Origin: an uncultured Candidatus Rokubacteria bacterium
GTDB lineage: Bacteria > Methylomirabilota > Methylomirabilia > Rokubacteriales > CSP1-6
NCBI GenBank assembly: GCA_963754315.1
Contig: CAVWFS010000001.1
Coordinates: 256,001-320,000, forward strand
Direction of reading: 5' to 3'
DNA length: 64,000 bases
The notes under the pieces were generated by a model, which was not told the DNA's origin, did no database searches, and saw only the letters and a list, made by a program, of their open reading frames with translations. Positions 10,745 to 21,594 of the stretch are shown here, one piece after another (the stretch's first letter is position 1; each line of letters opens with the position of its first letter). The position numbers and the translations under genes were made by a program.

Positions 10745-11614
10745 ATGGACCCCACCCTCGTCGCGCAAGGACTGCTGAGCGGGCTCCTCTTCGGCGGCGT
10801 CTACAGCCTGATGGCCGTCGGTCTCACCTTGATCTTCGGGGTCATGCGCGTCGTCAACTTCGCCCACGGCGACATGATGGTGTGGGGAATGTACCTGGCC
10901 TGGCTACTGGCCACCCGATTCGGCATCGATCCCTACCTCGCCTTCCTGGTCTGCGCAGCCGCCCTGTTCGGCCTGGGTCTGGCCGTGCAGCGCGGGCTGG
11001 TCAACCGCATCATCGACGCCCCCCATGAGATGCAAATCCTCTTGATGCTCGGCGTCGCCCTCGTCCTGGAGAATACGGCCCTGATGGCCTTCGGGCCCGA
11101 GCCGCAGCGCATCCGTCGCCGCTCAGCGCGGCCGCGCTGTGGCTGGGGCCGCTCTTCGTCGACGTGGCGCGCCTGGTCACCTTCGTGGTGGCCATCGGCC
11201 TCACCGTGCTCCTGTGGTTGTTCCTGTTCCGCACGGAAGGGGGGCGAACCATCCGGGCCGCCGCCGACAACACCTATGGCGCTCTCGTCATCGGCGCCGA
11301 CGTGCGGCGCGTCTACGCCCTTGCCTTCGCCATCGGAGCCGCCTGCGTGGGGCGGCGGGGGCGCTGGTCGCTCCCATCCTGCCATTTCAGCCCACCACGG
11401 GTCTCCAGCTGTCCGTCACCTCGTTCAACATCGTCATCATCGGTGGCATGGGTAGCCTGCTGGGCGCCTTCATCGGGGGACTGCTGGTGTCAGTGGCGGA
11501 GTCGCTGGCGCGGTGTTCCTCGCGCCATCGATGAAGGAGCTGGTGAGCTTCACCTTGCTGATCATCGTGCTGCTCTTCCGCCCGGCCGGGCTCTTCGGGC
11601 AGAGGTCGCGATGA
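10745..11614 (+). CDS. LivH-type permease (multiple frameshifts)
   Basis: GLTLIFGVMRVVNFAHG; IIGGMGSLLGA; LLFRPAGLFG. Confidence 0.8.
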
Positions 11615-12560
11615 GGATAGCGGGCGCCCTCGTCCTGCTGGTGCTCTTGGTGTTGCCAGCGGTGCTCAGCTCCTATCTGCTGACGTTGTTCATCTTCATC
11701 TTTTTTTACGCGTTCCTGGGCCAGGCCTGGAACATCGTGGGGGGCTACGCCGGGCAGCTCTCGGCCGGCCACGCCGCGTTCGTCGGCATCGGTGCCTACG
11801 CGTCCGCCGTGCTCGCGCAAGGCGCGGGGCTGACCCCGTGGGTGGGCATGTTCGTGGGAGGCGCCCTGGCCGCCGTGCTGGGCGCCGTCATCGGCTATCT
11901 CGGCTTCCGCTTCGGGTTGCGAGGCTTCTACTTCGTCCTGCTGACGGTGGCCTTTGCCGAGGTGTGTCGCATCGTCGCCAACAATCTGGAGGCCGTAGGG
12001 GCGGCCGTCGGCTATTACATCACTTTCACCGGCGATCCCTGGCAGTTCCAGTTCCGTGACAACCGGGCTCACTACTACATCACCCTGGCCCTCATGCTGC
12101 TCGCCACCGCCGTGGCCTGGCTCCTCGAGCGCCAGCGCTTCGGGGTCTATCTGCGGGCCATCCGGGAGGACGAGGAGGCCTCAGAGGCGCTGGGCGTGAA
12201 CACCTTTCGGTACAAGCTGCTGGCCATGATCATCTCGTCCTTCCTGACCGGCATGGGCGGAACGTTCTACGCCTTCTACCTGCTGTCGCTGCAACCGAAC
12301 TCGCTGTTCGGCATTCCTCTCTCGGTCGAGATCATCTCCGGCCGATCGTGGGAGGTGCCGGGACGTTGCTCGGCCCCATCCTCGGCTCCTTCATCCTGAG
12401 CCCGCTCGCGGAGGTCTCTCGACACTACCTGGCCCAGGGCGGCTGGACCGGCGCGCACCTGGTGGCCTATGGAGTCCTGCTCGTCCTCGTCGTGCTGTTC
12501 ATGCCCCAGGGCGCGTACCCGTATCTCCGCCGACTCCTCGGGCAGGCTCCCCGGAGCTGA
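11611..12560 (+). CDS. LivM-type permease (frameshift near 12340)
   Basis: AWNIVGGYAGQLSAGHAAF, AIREDEEASEALG. Confidence 0.82.
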
Positions 12561-12563
12561 GGG

Positions 12564-13312
12564 GTGGCCATTCTCGAGGTCCGGAATCTGGGCAAGCGCT
12601 TCGGGGGTCTCCACGCGGTTCAAGACCTGTCCTTCAGCCTGGCCGAGGGTGAGATGGTGGCTCTGATCGGTCCCAACGGGGCAGGCAAGACCACGGTGTT
12701 CGGTATCCTGTCCGGATTTCTCCTTCCCGAGCCGGAGAGATCCACTTCCGCGGCGACTCGATCGTGGGCCTCAAGCCGCACACGATCTGCGCGCTCGGTC
12801 TGGCTCGTACGTTCCAGATCGTGCGGCCGTTTCCCCATCTGAGCGTGCTCGAAAACGTGGAGGTGGGAGCGCTCGCCCGCGAGCCGCGCCGCTCTCAGGC
12901 CCGGGCCCGCGCGCAGGCGGTGCTCGAGGAGGTGGGGCTGTCGACCAAGCGCGATCAGGCGGCGGGGAGCCTGACCTTGGCCGAGCGCAAGCGGCTCGAG
13001 CTGGCGCGGGCCCTGGCCACGGAGCCGACTCTGCTTCTTCTCGACGAGGTCATGGCCGGCCTCAACGCCACCGAGACGGAACGGATCGTGGAGCTGGTGC
13101 GGGCCATCAACAACCGGGGCGTCACCATCCTGCTCATCGAGCACGTGATGCGAGCGGTGATGAGCCTGTCCCATCGGGTCATCGTCATCAACTACGGCGA
13201 GCTGATCGCGGAGGGCCAACCCCAAGAGGTGGCCCGCGACCCACGGGTGATCGAGGCCTATCTGGGCGATGCGGCCTCGGCGGAGGAAAGACTGCTTCGC
13301 TTGATGGGCTGA
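12564..13312 (+). CDS. LivG-type ABC ATPase (frameshifted)
   Basis: GPNGAGKTT, ARTFQ, LLLLDEVMAG, LLIEH. Confidence 0.82.
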
Positions 13313-13990
13313 GGTTGCCTACGGTGACATGGTGGCCGTGCGGAGGTCTCGCTGGAGATCGCGCGCGGCGAGCTGGTGGCGCTGGTGGGCTCCAACGGGG
13401 CGGGCAAGACGACCACCTTGCGCGCGCTCACCGGTCTGCTGCGGCCGCGACGGGGACGGTGGAGCTGGAGGGGGAGCGCATCGATGGGCTTCCCTCGTGG
13501 AGGTCGTGGAACGCGGCATCGCCCTCGTTCCCGAGGGCCGTCAGCTCTTCCCACCATGACCGTGCTGGAGAATCTCGATCTCGGGGCGCGCACCCCGGAA
13601 AGCCAGCGCGCCGCGCCAAGACCCGGGAGCGGGTCTTCGGGCTCTTTCCGCGGCTGGCCGAGCGCCGCGGGCCAGCTGGCGGGGACCCTGTCCGGGGGCG
13701 AGCAGCAGATGTGCGCCATCGGACGCGCCCTCATGTCGCTTCCACGCCTGCTGCTGCTCGACGAGCCGAGCCTGGGGCTGGCCCCGGTGATGGTGACGGT
13801 GATCTTCGACAACCTCATGCGCATCAACGCGGAGGGGACGACCATCCTGCTCGTGGAGCAGAACGTGCGCAAGGCGCTGGAGCTCTGTCACCGGGCCTAC
13901 GTGCTCGAGAACGGGCGCATCGTGCTGAGCGGCCGCCGCGCCGAGCTGCTCGAGAGCGACCAGGTCCGCCAGGCCTATCTCGGCCTGTAG
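13269..13990 (+). CDS. LivF-type ABC ATPase (heavily frameshifted; start approximate)
   Basis: GSNGAGKTT, LSGGEQQM, LLDEPSLGLAP, VRQAYLG. Confidence 0.8.
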
Positions 13991-14037
13991 CCGGCCCTTG
14001 GCAGACCGGCTCGCGAGCGAAGGGGAGGTCATGCCGG

Positions 14038-14827
14038 TCAGCGGCCCTCGAGGCTCGGCAGACGACGCTGGGCCCACGCCTTGACGCCTTCCTTGAAGTC
14101 AGCTGTCTTCCGCGTCCAATCCTGCTCAGTCAGTTCGCACTCGGTCGCTCGCTCGCCTCGTCGGCAAAGCCCCGCGCATCGTCTCACGGGTGGCCTGCAC
14201 AGCCAGGGGCGGGGACTGGGCGATCTCCGTCGCCAGCTCGGTGGCGGCGGTCCGCACTTGATCGAGCGGCACGAGCAGGTCGGCGAGGCCCATGGCCACC
14301 GCCTCGTCCCCGGGTACGCGGCGCCGTGTAGAAGAGCAGGTTCGCCTTCTGCTGCCCGACCAGGCGCGGCAAGGTGAAGGTGAGGCTGAAGCCTGGGTGG
14401 AACCCGAGCCGGTTGAAGTTGGCGCTGAAGCGGGCCTCCGAGCAGGTGACGCGGAAATCCGCGGCGAGGGCTAGGCCAGGCCCCCTCCGATGGCCGCCCC
14501 CTGGACGGCGGCCACGATGGGCTTACGCGTGCGGAAGATGCGCGTGGCTTCTTTGTAGAGGTGCTTGGCGGGGCCGCTGCCTTCGCCGTCGGCGGATCCG
14601 GTGCTGGGCCGGTTGGCGAAATCGGCGCCGGCGCAGAACGACTTGCCCTGCGCGCACAGCACCACCGCGCGGCAGCGCGGATCGCGGTCGAACGCCTCGA
14701 GGGCGTCGGCGATCTGGTTGATAAGGGCGTTGTCGAAGTAGTTGTGCGGGGGACGCTGGATCTCGATCTGGCCGACGTGACCCGCCATGCTGACGCCGAT
14801 GTCCTTGAAGGTCGCGGTTGCGCTCAT
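14038..14827 (-). CDS. Enoyl-CoA hydratase/isomerase family (frameshifted)
   Basis: SFCAGADF, KPIVAAVQGAAIGGG; downstream frames give GFHPGF and TADFKEGV. Confidence 0.8.
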
Positions 14828-14969
14828 GTAACCCTCCCTGCGAGTCGCCGCCCGGGCGGCACCCGAGAAGGATATACCGCTTTGGCCGGGCGCGGGTGTG
14901 TCTGAGAGTCTTCGTTTCGTGACATTGACTTTCGGTAGCGGCCGGCTCTAGCGTGGCAAACGGGACGAC

Positions 14970-15548
14970 ATGGCAGCCGTTATGTACCGGACACGACGTT
15001 GGAGTCGGAGCGAGTACGAGCGGCTCATCGAGCAGGACGTTTTCGGACCGGAAGAGCGCCTCGAGCTGATCGGCGGCGAGCTGATCGTCCGCGAGCCGCA
15101 GGGTGAATCCCACGCGCTCTGCATCGAGCTGGTCGACGCCGCGCTTCGAGAAGCCTTCGGGCCCGGCTGGCGAATCCGCGGCCAGCTGCCCGTCAACCTC
15201 GACGATGAGTCCCGGCCCGAGCCGGACATCTCGGTGGTGCAGGGGATGGCGCGGCAGGCGCTGCTCCAGGTCCCATCGCGCCCTGTGCTGATCGTCGAGG
15301 TCGCGCAATCTAGCTTGCCCTTCGACAAGACCACCAAGGCGAGTCTCTACGCCCGAGCGGGGATCCAGGAACTCTGGATCGTCAACCTGCCGAATCGTGT
15401 GCTGACCGTCTACCGGGAGCCGGGCGCCGACTCGGCGGCGCCGTTCGGCTGGCACTACCAGGCCGTGCAGAGCCTCGCCGCCAGCGAGCACGTCTCGCCT
15501 CTGGCCGCCCCCCACGCCCTGATTGCAGTCGCCGACCTCCTACCCTGA
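14970..15548 (+). CDS. Uma2-family (DUF820) PD-(D/E)xK endonuclease-like protein
   Basis: RLELIGGELI, PEPDISVV, LIVEVA, KASLYARAGIQELWIVN. Confidence 0.9.
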   Translation: MAAVMYRTRRWSRSEYERLIEQDVFGPEERLELIGGELIVREPQGESHALCIELVDAALREAFGPGWRIRGQLPVNLDDESRPEPDISVVQGMARQALLQVPSRPVLIVEVAQSSLPFDKTTKASLYARAGIQELWIVNLPNRVLTVYREPGADSAAPFGWHYQAVQSLAASEHVSPLAAPHALIAVADLLP

Positions 15549-15673
15549 GGCGGAGGCCTGGGCTCGGATCACGCTCGCCGGCACGGCGGTCCCAGCGCCT
15601 CCCGACACATCTGAAGGCAGTGAAGCGTAAGATCGACGTCATGGGTCCGGACGGCCCACGGCGGGAGACTCCA

Positions 15674-17197
15674 ATGACGTCATCAGCGCTTGAAGCCCGC
15701 GACGCGATCGCCCGACTCACTGCACCGCCCATGCCGGTCGAGCACGTCGACGTGCTAATCGTCGGAGCCGGCATCTCCGGCATCGGCGCCGCTTACCATC
15801 TGACGCAGCAGTGCCCGGGCACGCGCTTCGTCGTGCTCGAGGCGCAGGCCGCCTTCGGCGGGACGTGGATCACGCACCGTTTCCCCGGGATCCGTTCCGA
15901 CAGTGACCTCTACACCTTCGGCTACCGCTTCAAGCCCTGGACCGGCGCCCCCATCGCCACCGCCGCCGAGATCCTGAAGTACATGGGCGAGGTCATCGAC
16001 GAGAACGGCCTCCACCGCCACATCCGCTACGGACATCGCGTCGATCGTGCCAGCTGGTCCAGCGTCGAGTGTCGCTGGACCGTCGACGCCACGCGCACGG
16101 ATACGGGCGAGGCGCGGCGTTTCGCCGCTGGCTTCCTCTTCATGTGCCAGGGCTACTACCGCCACGCGGAGGGCTACACCCCGGAGTGGGAGGGCGTGGC
16201 CGACTTCGCGGGGCGCATCGTCCATCCGCAGACGTGGCCGGCCGACCTCGACTACCGAGGCCGCCGGGTCGTGGTCATCGGCTCCGGCGCCACCGCCGCC
16301 ACGGTCATCCCCGCCATGGCGGCCGACTGTGCTCACATCACCATGCTGCAGCGATCGCCCACATACTTCCGCATCGGTCGCAACGCCATCGACATCGCCG
16401 ACGAGCTGCGGCGGCTGCAGGTGGATCCGGCGTGGATCCACGAGATCGTGCGACGCAAGATCCTCTACGAGCAGGCCGTCTTCACCGGGCGTTGCGTCAC
16501 CGAGCCGGAGGCAGTGAAGGAGGAGTTGCTCGCCGCCGTGCGCACCCACGTCGGCCCCGGTTGCGACATCGAGCGCCACTTCACGCCGCGCTACCGCCCC
16601 TGGCAGCAGCGCCTGGCCTTCGTCCCTGACGGTGACATGTTCAAGGCCATCGCCGACGGCAAGGTCTCGGTGGTGACCGACGAGATCGAGCGCTTCACGG
16701 AAGCGGGCATCCTGCTGAAGTCGGGCACCCTGCTCGAGGCCGACATCATCCTCACCGCCACCGGCTTCAACCTGTGCGTTCTCGGTGACATCGCCTTCAC
16801 CATCGACGGCGCGCCGCTTGTCTTCTCCGACACAATCACCTATCGCGGGATGATGTTCACCGGCGTGCCCAACCTGGCCTGGGTCTTCGGCTACTTTCGC
16901 GCGAGCTGGACGCTGCGCGCGGACCTCGTTGCCGACTTCGTGTGCCGCCTCCTCAACCACATGAAGGCCCGGGGTGCGCGGCGCGTGGTTCCCGCGCTGC
17001 GCTCACAGGATCACGACATGCCCCGCCTGCCGTGGATCGATCCGGACAATTTCAATCCCGGATACATGGTGCGAGGTATGCACCTTCTGCCACGGCGCGG
17101 CGACAAGCCGGAATGGGCGCATACCCAGGACTACTGGGCCGAGAAGGACGCGTTTCCGGCGATCGACCTCGACGACGCTGCCTTCGTGTACGCCTGA
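15674..17197 (+). CDS. Baeyer-Villiger-type flavin monooxygenase (EthA-like)
   Basis: GAGISG, GGTW..RFPGIRSDSD, FAGRIVHPQTW, GSGATA, ATGF. Confidence 0.9.
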   Translation: MTSSALEARDAIARLTAPPMPVEHVDVLIVGAGISGIGAAYHLTQQCPGTRFVVLEAQAAFGGTWITHRFPGIRSDSDLYTFGYRFKPWTGAPIATAAEILKYMGEVIDENGLHRHIRYGHRVDRASWSSVECRWTVDATRTDTGEARRFAAGFLFMCQGYYRHAEGYTPEWEGVADFAGRIVHPQTWPADLDYRGRRVVVIGSGATAATVIPAMAADCAHITMLQRSPTYFRIGRNAIDIADELRRLQVDPAWIHEIVRRKILYEQAVFTGRCVTEPEAVKEELLAAVRTHVGPGCDIERHFTPRYRPWQQRLAFVPDGDMFKAIADGKVSVVTDEIERFTEAGILLKSGTLLEADIILTATGFNLCVLGDIAFTIDGAPLVFSDTITYRGMMFTGVPNLAWVFGYFRASWTLRADLVADFVCRLLNHMKARGARRVVPALRSQDHDMPRLPWIDPDNFNPGYMVRGMHLLPRRGDKPEWAHTQDYWAEKDAFPAIDLDDAAFVYA

Positions 17198-17467
17198 TCG
17201 GTCTGAGGACAGCGATACCAACCCTTCCGCTGAGTGGCCGATGAGCCCACGTGGGCTGGGAGGGTGTCCGATTGTTGATGCGAGTTCTCGGAATGGCCCA
17301 GATCGCGCTGCTGCTGACGTCATGCACCGCGTCCGGATTGTCGCAGAAGGAAGCCCGACCAACACGCAGAGCGTGGGCGGGGCGCGCTCCGAGATCGTCC
17401 TGCAGGCAGCCGGGGGTGGCGGGAGCGGAATGTGAGCGCGGGTCGGCGCGATCGTGAACATGTTCGG

Positions 17468-17569
17468 TCACTCGCGCCCGCTCCAGAATGTCATGCTCAG
17501 CTCGTCGAAAACCTGCCGGGCGGCCGCGCGATGCTCGGCGGCCTTCGCCGTGTCGCCGGAACGGGGCCG
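17468..17569 (-). pseudogene. C-terminal stump resembling the last TPR helix of AAA/cyclase-TPR proteins
   Basis: RPRSGDTAKAAEHRAAARQVFDELSMTFWSGRE*; recognised by pattern only. Confidence 0.4.
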
Positions 17570-17572
17570 TCT

Positions 17573-18686
17573 CTACGCCCCAGAGATATTCGAGGGGACA
17601 TCGACGATCGCGATTCCCTGCGGCATCATATCGCCCTGCGGCGTCGATTCCGGTTGCGCTCCCGGGATGACGTAGGCGAAAACGATCAAGCGGCCATTCG
17701 GGGACCACTTGGCGTGCTAAACCGGGAGATCGGGCGGTGTGACCATCTGCATGGTGCCCACCGAGGGTAGGTCGACCGTCAGCTCCAAAACCCAGATCCG
17801 ATAGAAGGCGTTGTACCCGTCGGCCGGCGTGAGCACGGATTCGAAAGCGAGGAACTGTCGTTCGGTGACCACCAGGGGGCTCGTCCAGAATGCCGTTGAC
17901 TTCCAACGCAACGCTCGTCTCGGGATCAGCGCCGTTCTAGATCCAGATCTCGTTCCAGTTCTGATCGTACGTTCGGGCGAGATTCGGCGTCTGGCCGGCG
18001 AAGGCGACGAGGCCGGCATCGGACGGAGACACACTCGACATGCCCGGCCACACCTGATCAGGGTCGGTCACCGCGGTGCAAGGGGCCGTGAACGGGTCGG
18101 GGGGGAGCGGCGGCACCGAGACCGCGAGCAACCTCTGGTGTTGCAGTGCCTTCTCAGAGTAATTCGTCATGACAATGGCACTGCCATCGCCCGTCCACGA
18201 TGGATAGCTCAGCGTGTCGATGACGATCGAGTCTGACGCCTGACAGTCGACGAGCAACGCCTGTCTCGTCGAGGCGTCCAGCAGGTAGAGGTCCGAGGTG
18301 CTGGCGAACGCGATCTCGAACGATGTCCGGCTCCAGGACCAATCGGGGCGCGTTGCCGGCAACGTGGGGTCGACGAAGAACGGTTCCGGTGCCCGGCAGT
18401 TGCGAGGATGGCGCGAGGCGGGGCGAATGGGAATCGAATAGAGCCAAGCCTGGTCTGGCTGCTTGATCGGGCTACGCATGAACAACACGATCTGGCCAGT
18501 GGGATCGAAGCACGGCCGCGCATCCACGAAGCGGTCGTCACACGTGAGGTACCGGATGGACACGCGTGATGGACTCGCACCGGCGGCCGCCGTGGTGCGT
18601 GGTACCGCGCCCGCGGGAAATAAGGAGGAGGACGCCGCCGCCGCGCTCGTGCCCGCCAGCTGCTTCAGAAAGCGTCTTCGATGCAT
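17573..18686 (-). pseudogene. Tat-exported TolB/PD40-like beta-propeller, interrupted by two TAG codons and frameshifts
   Basis: MHRRRFLK signal; repeats RPCFDPTG, RPDWS, YPSWTGDG, APWWSPN, HAKWSPNG. Confidence 0.7.
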
Positions 18687-18948
18687 GCTCCCCTCCGCTC
18701 CTAGGATCCGTCCTGCTCGTCGCCAGTGACGCCCTCATCGGCCAGCTCGGGGCTGGGCGGCCTTTGCCATCGGGCCCGGCGGACGATCTTACTTCAATCT
18801 AAGAAATGGGTTGATCCTACTGCGCCGATCACTGGAGAGCCGCCACTGGCTTGACGGACATACCCGGAGAGCAGTTAGGATACTCTCGGCGGCGCGAAGG
18901 CAACCGCCGGCGAGCTTATTAGCGTTCGACGGACGAGGAAGGTGACAG

Positions 18949-19883
18949 ATGAGTCGTACATTGCTGACACGGCGCACCGTGCTGCAAGGGGCAGCCTCGA
19001 TGACATTGGCCGTCCCGTTTGTGCACAGCGCCCATGCCGCGGGCAGACTCTCTCTCAACGTCCCCAATATCATGTTTGACAGCATGGGCGCTCAAGTTCA
19101 GGTGCAAAACCAAACCGATGATCGGTTGACCACCTGGACGAACGCGCTGACAAAGCACTATGCGGTGAATTACACTGACTGGCAGCAGGCAATTGCACCG
19201 CAACTGGAGGGTAACGGCGACACCTCCCGGCAGGATGTCTTCATCATTACCACCCACCAATACACCGCTGTCCCAAAGCACAGCACACCGCCGCCAATAA
19301 ATCCGAACCCGATCCCGGCGGACTACAACTTCGGTTATTCCAGCAGCGACCTTGGCGGAATCTTGCGTTGGGTCGAAGCGGGCGGCGGCCTCCTGCTGTT
19401 CGTCAATCACAGCGACTTCCAGACCAGGGACCCGGTCCGTATTGGCCAATCAACGACATCCAACTGGCAGCGGCGCTAGGCATCACCACCGTCTTCGCCG
19501 CCATCCCGCTCGGCGGCTTGACGATGAGACCAAGTCGGAAGGCGCCCAGGCCGGTCATCGAACATGTCAGGTCGGTCCAGGCTTTGGATTCGGGCGGGAT
19601 CGTCATCGACGGTGGCCCGAACATTGCCACCAGCACCGTGCTCGTTCCACTTCCCGCGGGTTGGAAGGACTCCAGTCCGCTGAAGTACCACAACGCCGAT
19701 CTCGCCTTTGCCGTACTGTACACGGTTGGCAAAGGGAACGTCATCGTCATCGGACATTCGGGCATCACTGGAAATGCGGGCACCGACTGGCCATCGGCCG
19801 GCCAGATCGAAGTTCCCGACAACCTGCGGTTCCTGATGAATTGCGTCGCCTATCTTGCCGACAGGGCCCGAAAAGCACGATAA
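18949..19883 (+). CDS. Tat-exported protein with DUF4350/GATase-like domain (frameshift near 19420)
   Basis: TRRTVL...AHA signal; ILRWVEAGGGLLLFVNH; VGKGNVIVIGHS; DNLRFLMNCVAYL. Confidence 0.6.
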
Positions 19884-19915
19884 GAAACGCGGGACGACTC
19901 CAGCGAGGCATCCTA

Positions 19916-20463
19916 TGCTCGTCCCGGTACGGCGGCTCTCGCTCGGCCAGCGGATGCGGGGTGAGCTGACCGCGGCGCTCCTGCACGGGCCTGACGTACT
20001 GTTCCTCGACAAGCCGACCATCGGGCTCGACGTGGTGAGCAAGCAGGCCGCGCGCGCGTTCCTCGCCGCGTTGGGCGCCGGCGGCGACACGACGATCGTG
20101 CTGACGACGCATGATCTGGCCGATATCGAGCGCACTGTGCCGCCGGTCTAGTGGTGATCGACCAGAGTCGCATCGTGCACGACGGCTCGCTGGACGACCT
20201 CCACGCCCGGTGCGGCTCACGCCGCCGGCTCGTCGTGGATCTCGACGAGCCGCTGGCGGTTGAGTTGGTGCTTCCCGGAGTGACGGTGGAATCGACACAG
20301 GCCGACGGGCGGCGGATCACTACACGCTGGACGGCGCCACCATGGCCGGCGATCTCGTGAGCCGACTTGTCGAAGTCGCAGCGCTGCGCGACATCTCGGT
20401 GCTCGAGCCCGACATCGAGGACGTCGTAGCCCGGCTCTACACGCGCCAGGGCACGCCGTGAGT
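19916..20463 (+). pseudogene. 3' remnant of an ABC-2 exporter ATPase
   Basis: PVRRLSLGQRMRGE, LFLDKPTIGLD, LTTHDL, EPDIEDVV; no Walker A; frameshifts. Confidence 0.75.
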
Positions 20464-20575
20464 AACGCAAGCCTGGCGGCGGGCTCGGCCGCATCAGGCC
20501 CAGACATTCTCCTCGCTGACGTCCTGCTCAGCCTGGTCTATCTAGGGACGTTGCGGGTGGCGCCCCGATGGAGGC

Positions 20576-21088
20576 TTAGCGCAGCCCTTCCTGCTGGCGC
20601 AGGCGCTTGATGGCTTCGAGCTGGAGGAGCGATTCGCGGTCCTTGGGGCGGTGATGTGTGCGCTTGATGCGAATGAGGTCGTCCAGGCCGATGACCAGAG
20701 TCGGACGGCCACCAATGGCGATGGCCTCCGCGTGGGGGAGGAGATCGTCGTACACCCCGATTGGCTCCAGGTAACCAAGCAGATCGAGCGGGTACTCGCC
20801 ATCCACCTCGAACGTGTAGTTCTGGCCGAGCGCGAGCGCCTGGGCATCGAGTCGAAACTTCAGATCAGGCGGAGCGCCGCGCAGGGTCAGATTCAGAGTG
20901 CCCAGGGCGGTCGCCAGCCGCCTCAGGTTGTCGGAGGTGCGTCGGTAGCAGAGGTCGACGTCATACGTCACACGGGAACTGCCCATGAGCGCTTCGGCTT
21001 GCCCGCCCACGACGATGAACTCCACGCCGTGCTCGGCCAGCACGGCGCAGAAGCGTTCAAGCGGGCTTGGCTCGCCCCGCTCGTCCAA
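20576..21088 (-). CDS. Nucleotidyltransferase-fold protein (DUF6036/AbiEii-like)
   Basis: VVGGQA...RVTYDVDL, LDLL, LIRIK...RPKD. Confidence 0.75.
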   Translation of the reverse strand: MDERGEPSPLERFCAVLAEHGVEFIVVGGQAEALMGSSRVTYDVDLCYRRTSDNLRRLATALGTLNLTLRGAPPDLKFRLDAQALALGQNYTFEVDGEYPLDLLGYLEPIGVYDDLLPHAEAIAIGGRPTLVIGLDDLIRIKRTHHRPKDRESLLQLEAIKRLRQQEGLR

Positions 21089-21275
21089 TGGCCTGGACCC
21101 TCAGCGCCGCGCGGCGTGCCCGCTCAGCCCGGCGCGCGCGCTCCGTCGGCGTGACCCGCAGGTTGGCGCGAATGAGCGAGACATCCACGCCGTTGGCGTC
21201 GTACTGGCCTGGCACTCCGAACCGCTGAGGGGTGGAGCCGCTCGTGGCCGAACGGTCGCGACGGGGCACAGCCAT
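21057..21275 (-). CDS. Small basic partner protein of the nucleotidyltransferase
   Basis: GVDVSLIRANLRVTPTERAR; overlaps the NTase start. Confidence 0.6.
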   Translation of the reverse strand: MAVPRRDRSATSGSTPQRFGVPGQYDANGVDVSLIRANLRVTPTERARRAERARRAALRVQAIGRAGRAKPA

Positions 21276-21446
21276 CGTCGCTATTCTACCGACACCCGCG
21301 AGCACGGATGCGCGTCCGCGAAGGGCGCCTCCTTGGGCTCGGGCTTTCTTCGTTCTTTCGTTTTTTCGTACAGCGACCCGGTAGAGATAGGTACCGAGTC
21401 CGCAGGGCATCGCCACCAACCACTGCAGATCGTTGGGCGAGTGGGC

Positions 21447-21500
21447 GCGGCAGCGAATACACTGTTGGGAGCAAATGCACGAAGCGGCGGCGAATACACT
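21447..21500 (+). promoter_or_regulatory. 17-bp direct repeats upstream of peptide-binding protein gene
   Basis: GCGGCAGCGAATACACT (21447) and GCGGCGGCGAATACACT (21484), the second running into TTGACT. Confidence 0.5.
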
Positions 21501-21594
21501 TGACTTGCCAGGGGAGCGTGCGTCATGTTCCCCGCACTCGGCGGGGCGGCCGACGGTGCCCGCGCTGAGGTGATCAGACAAGGAGAGAGCAAGG

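Noticed and set aside
17278..17457. Small lipoprotein MRVLGMAQIALLLTSC
   Set aside because: A lipobox-like start exists but the remainder is low-information and cannot be supported
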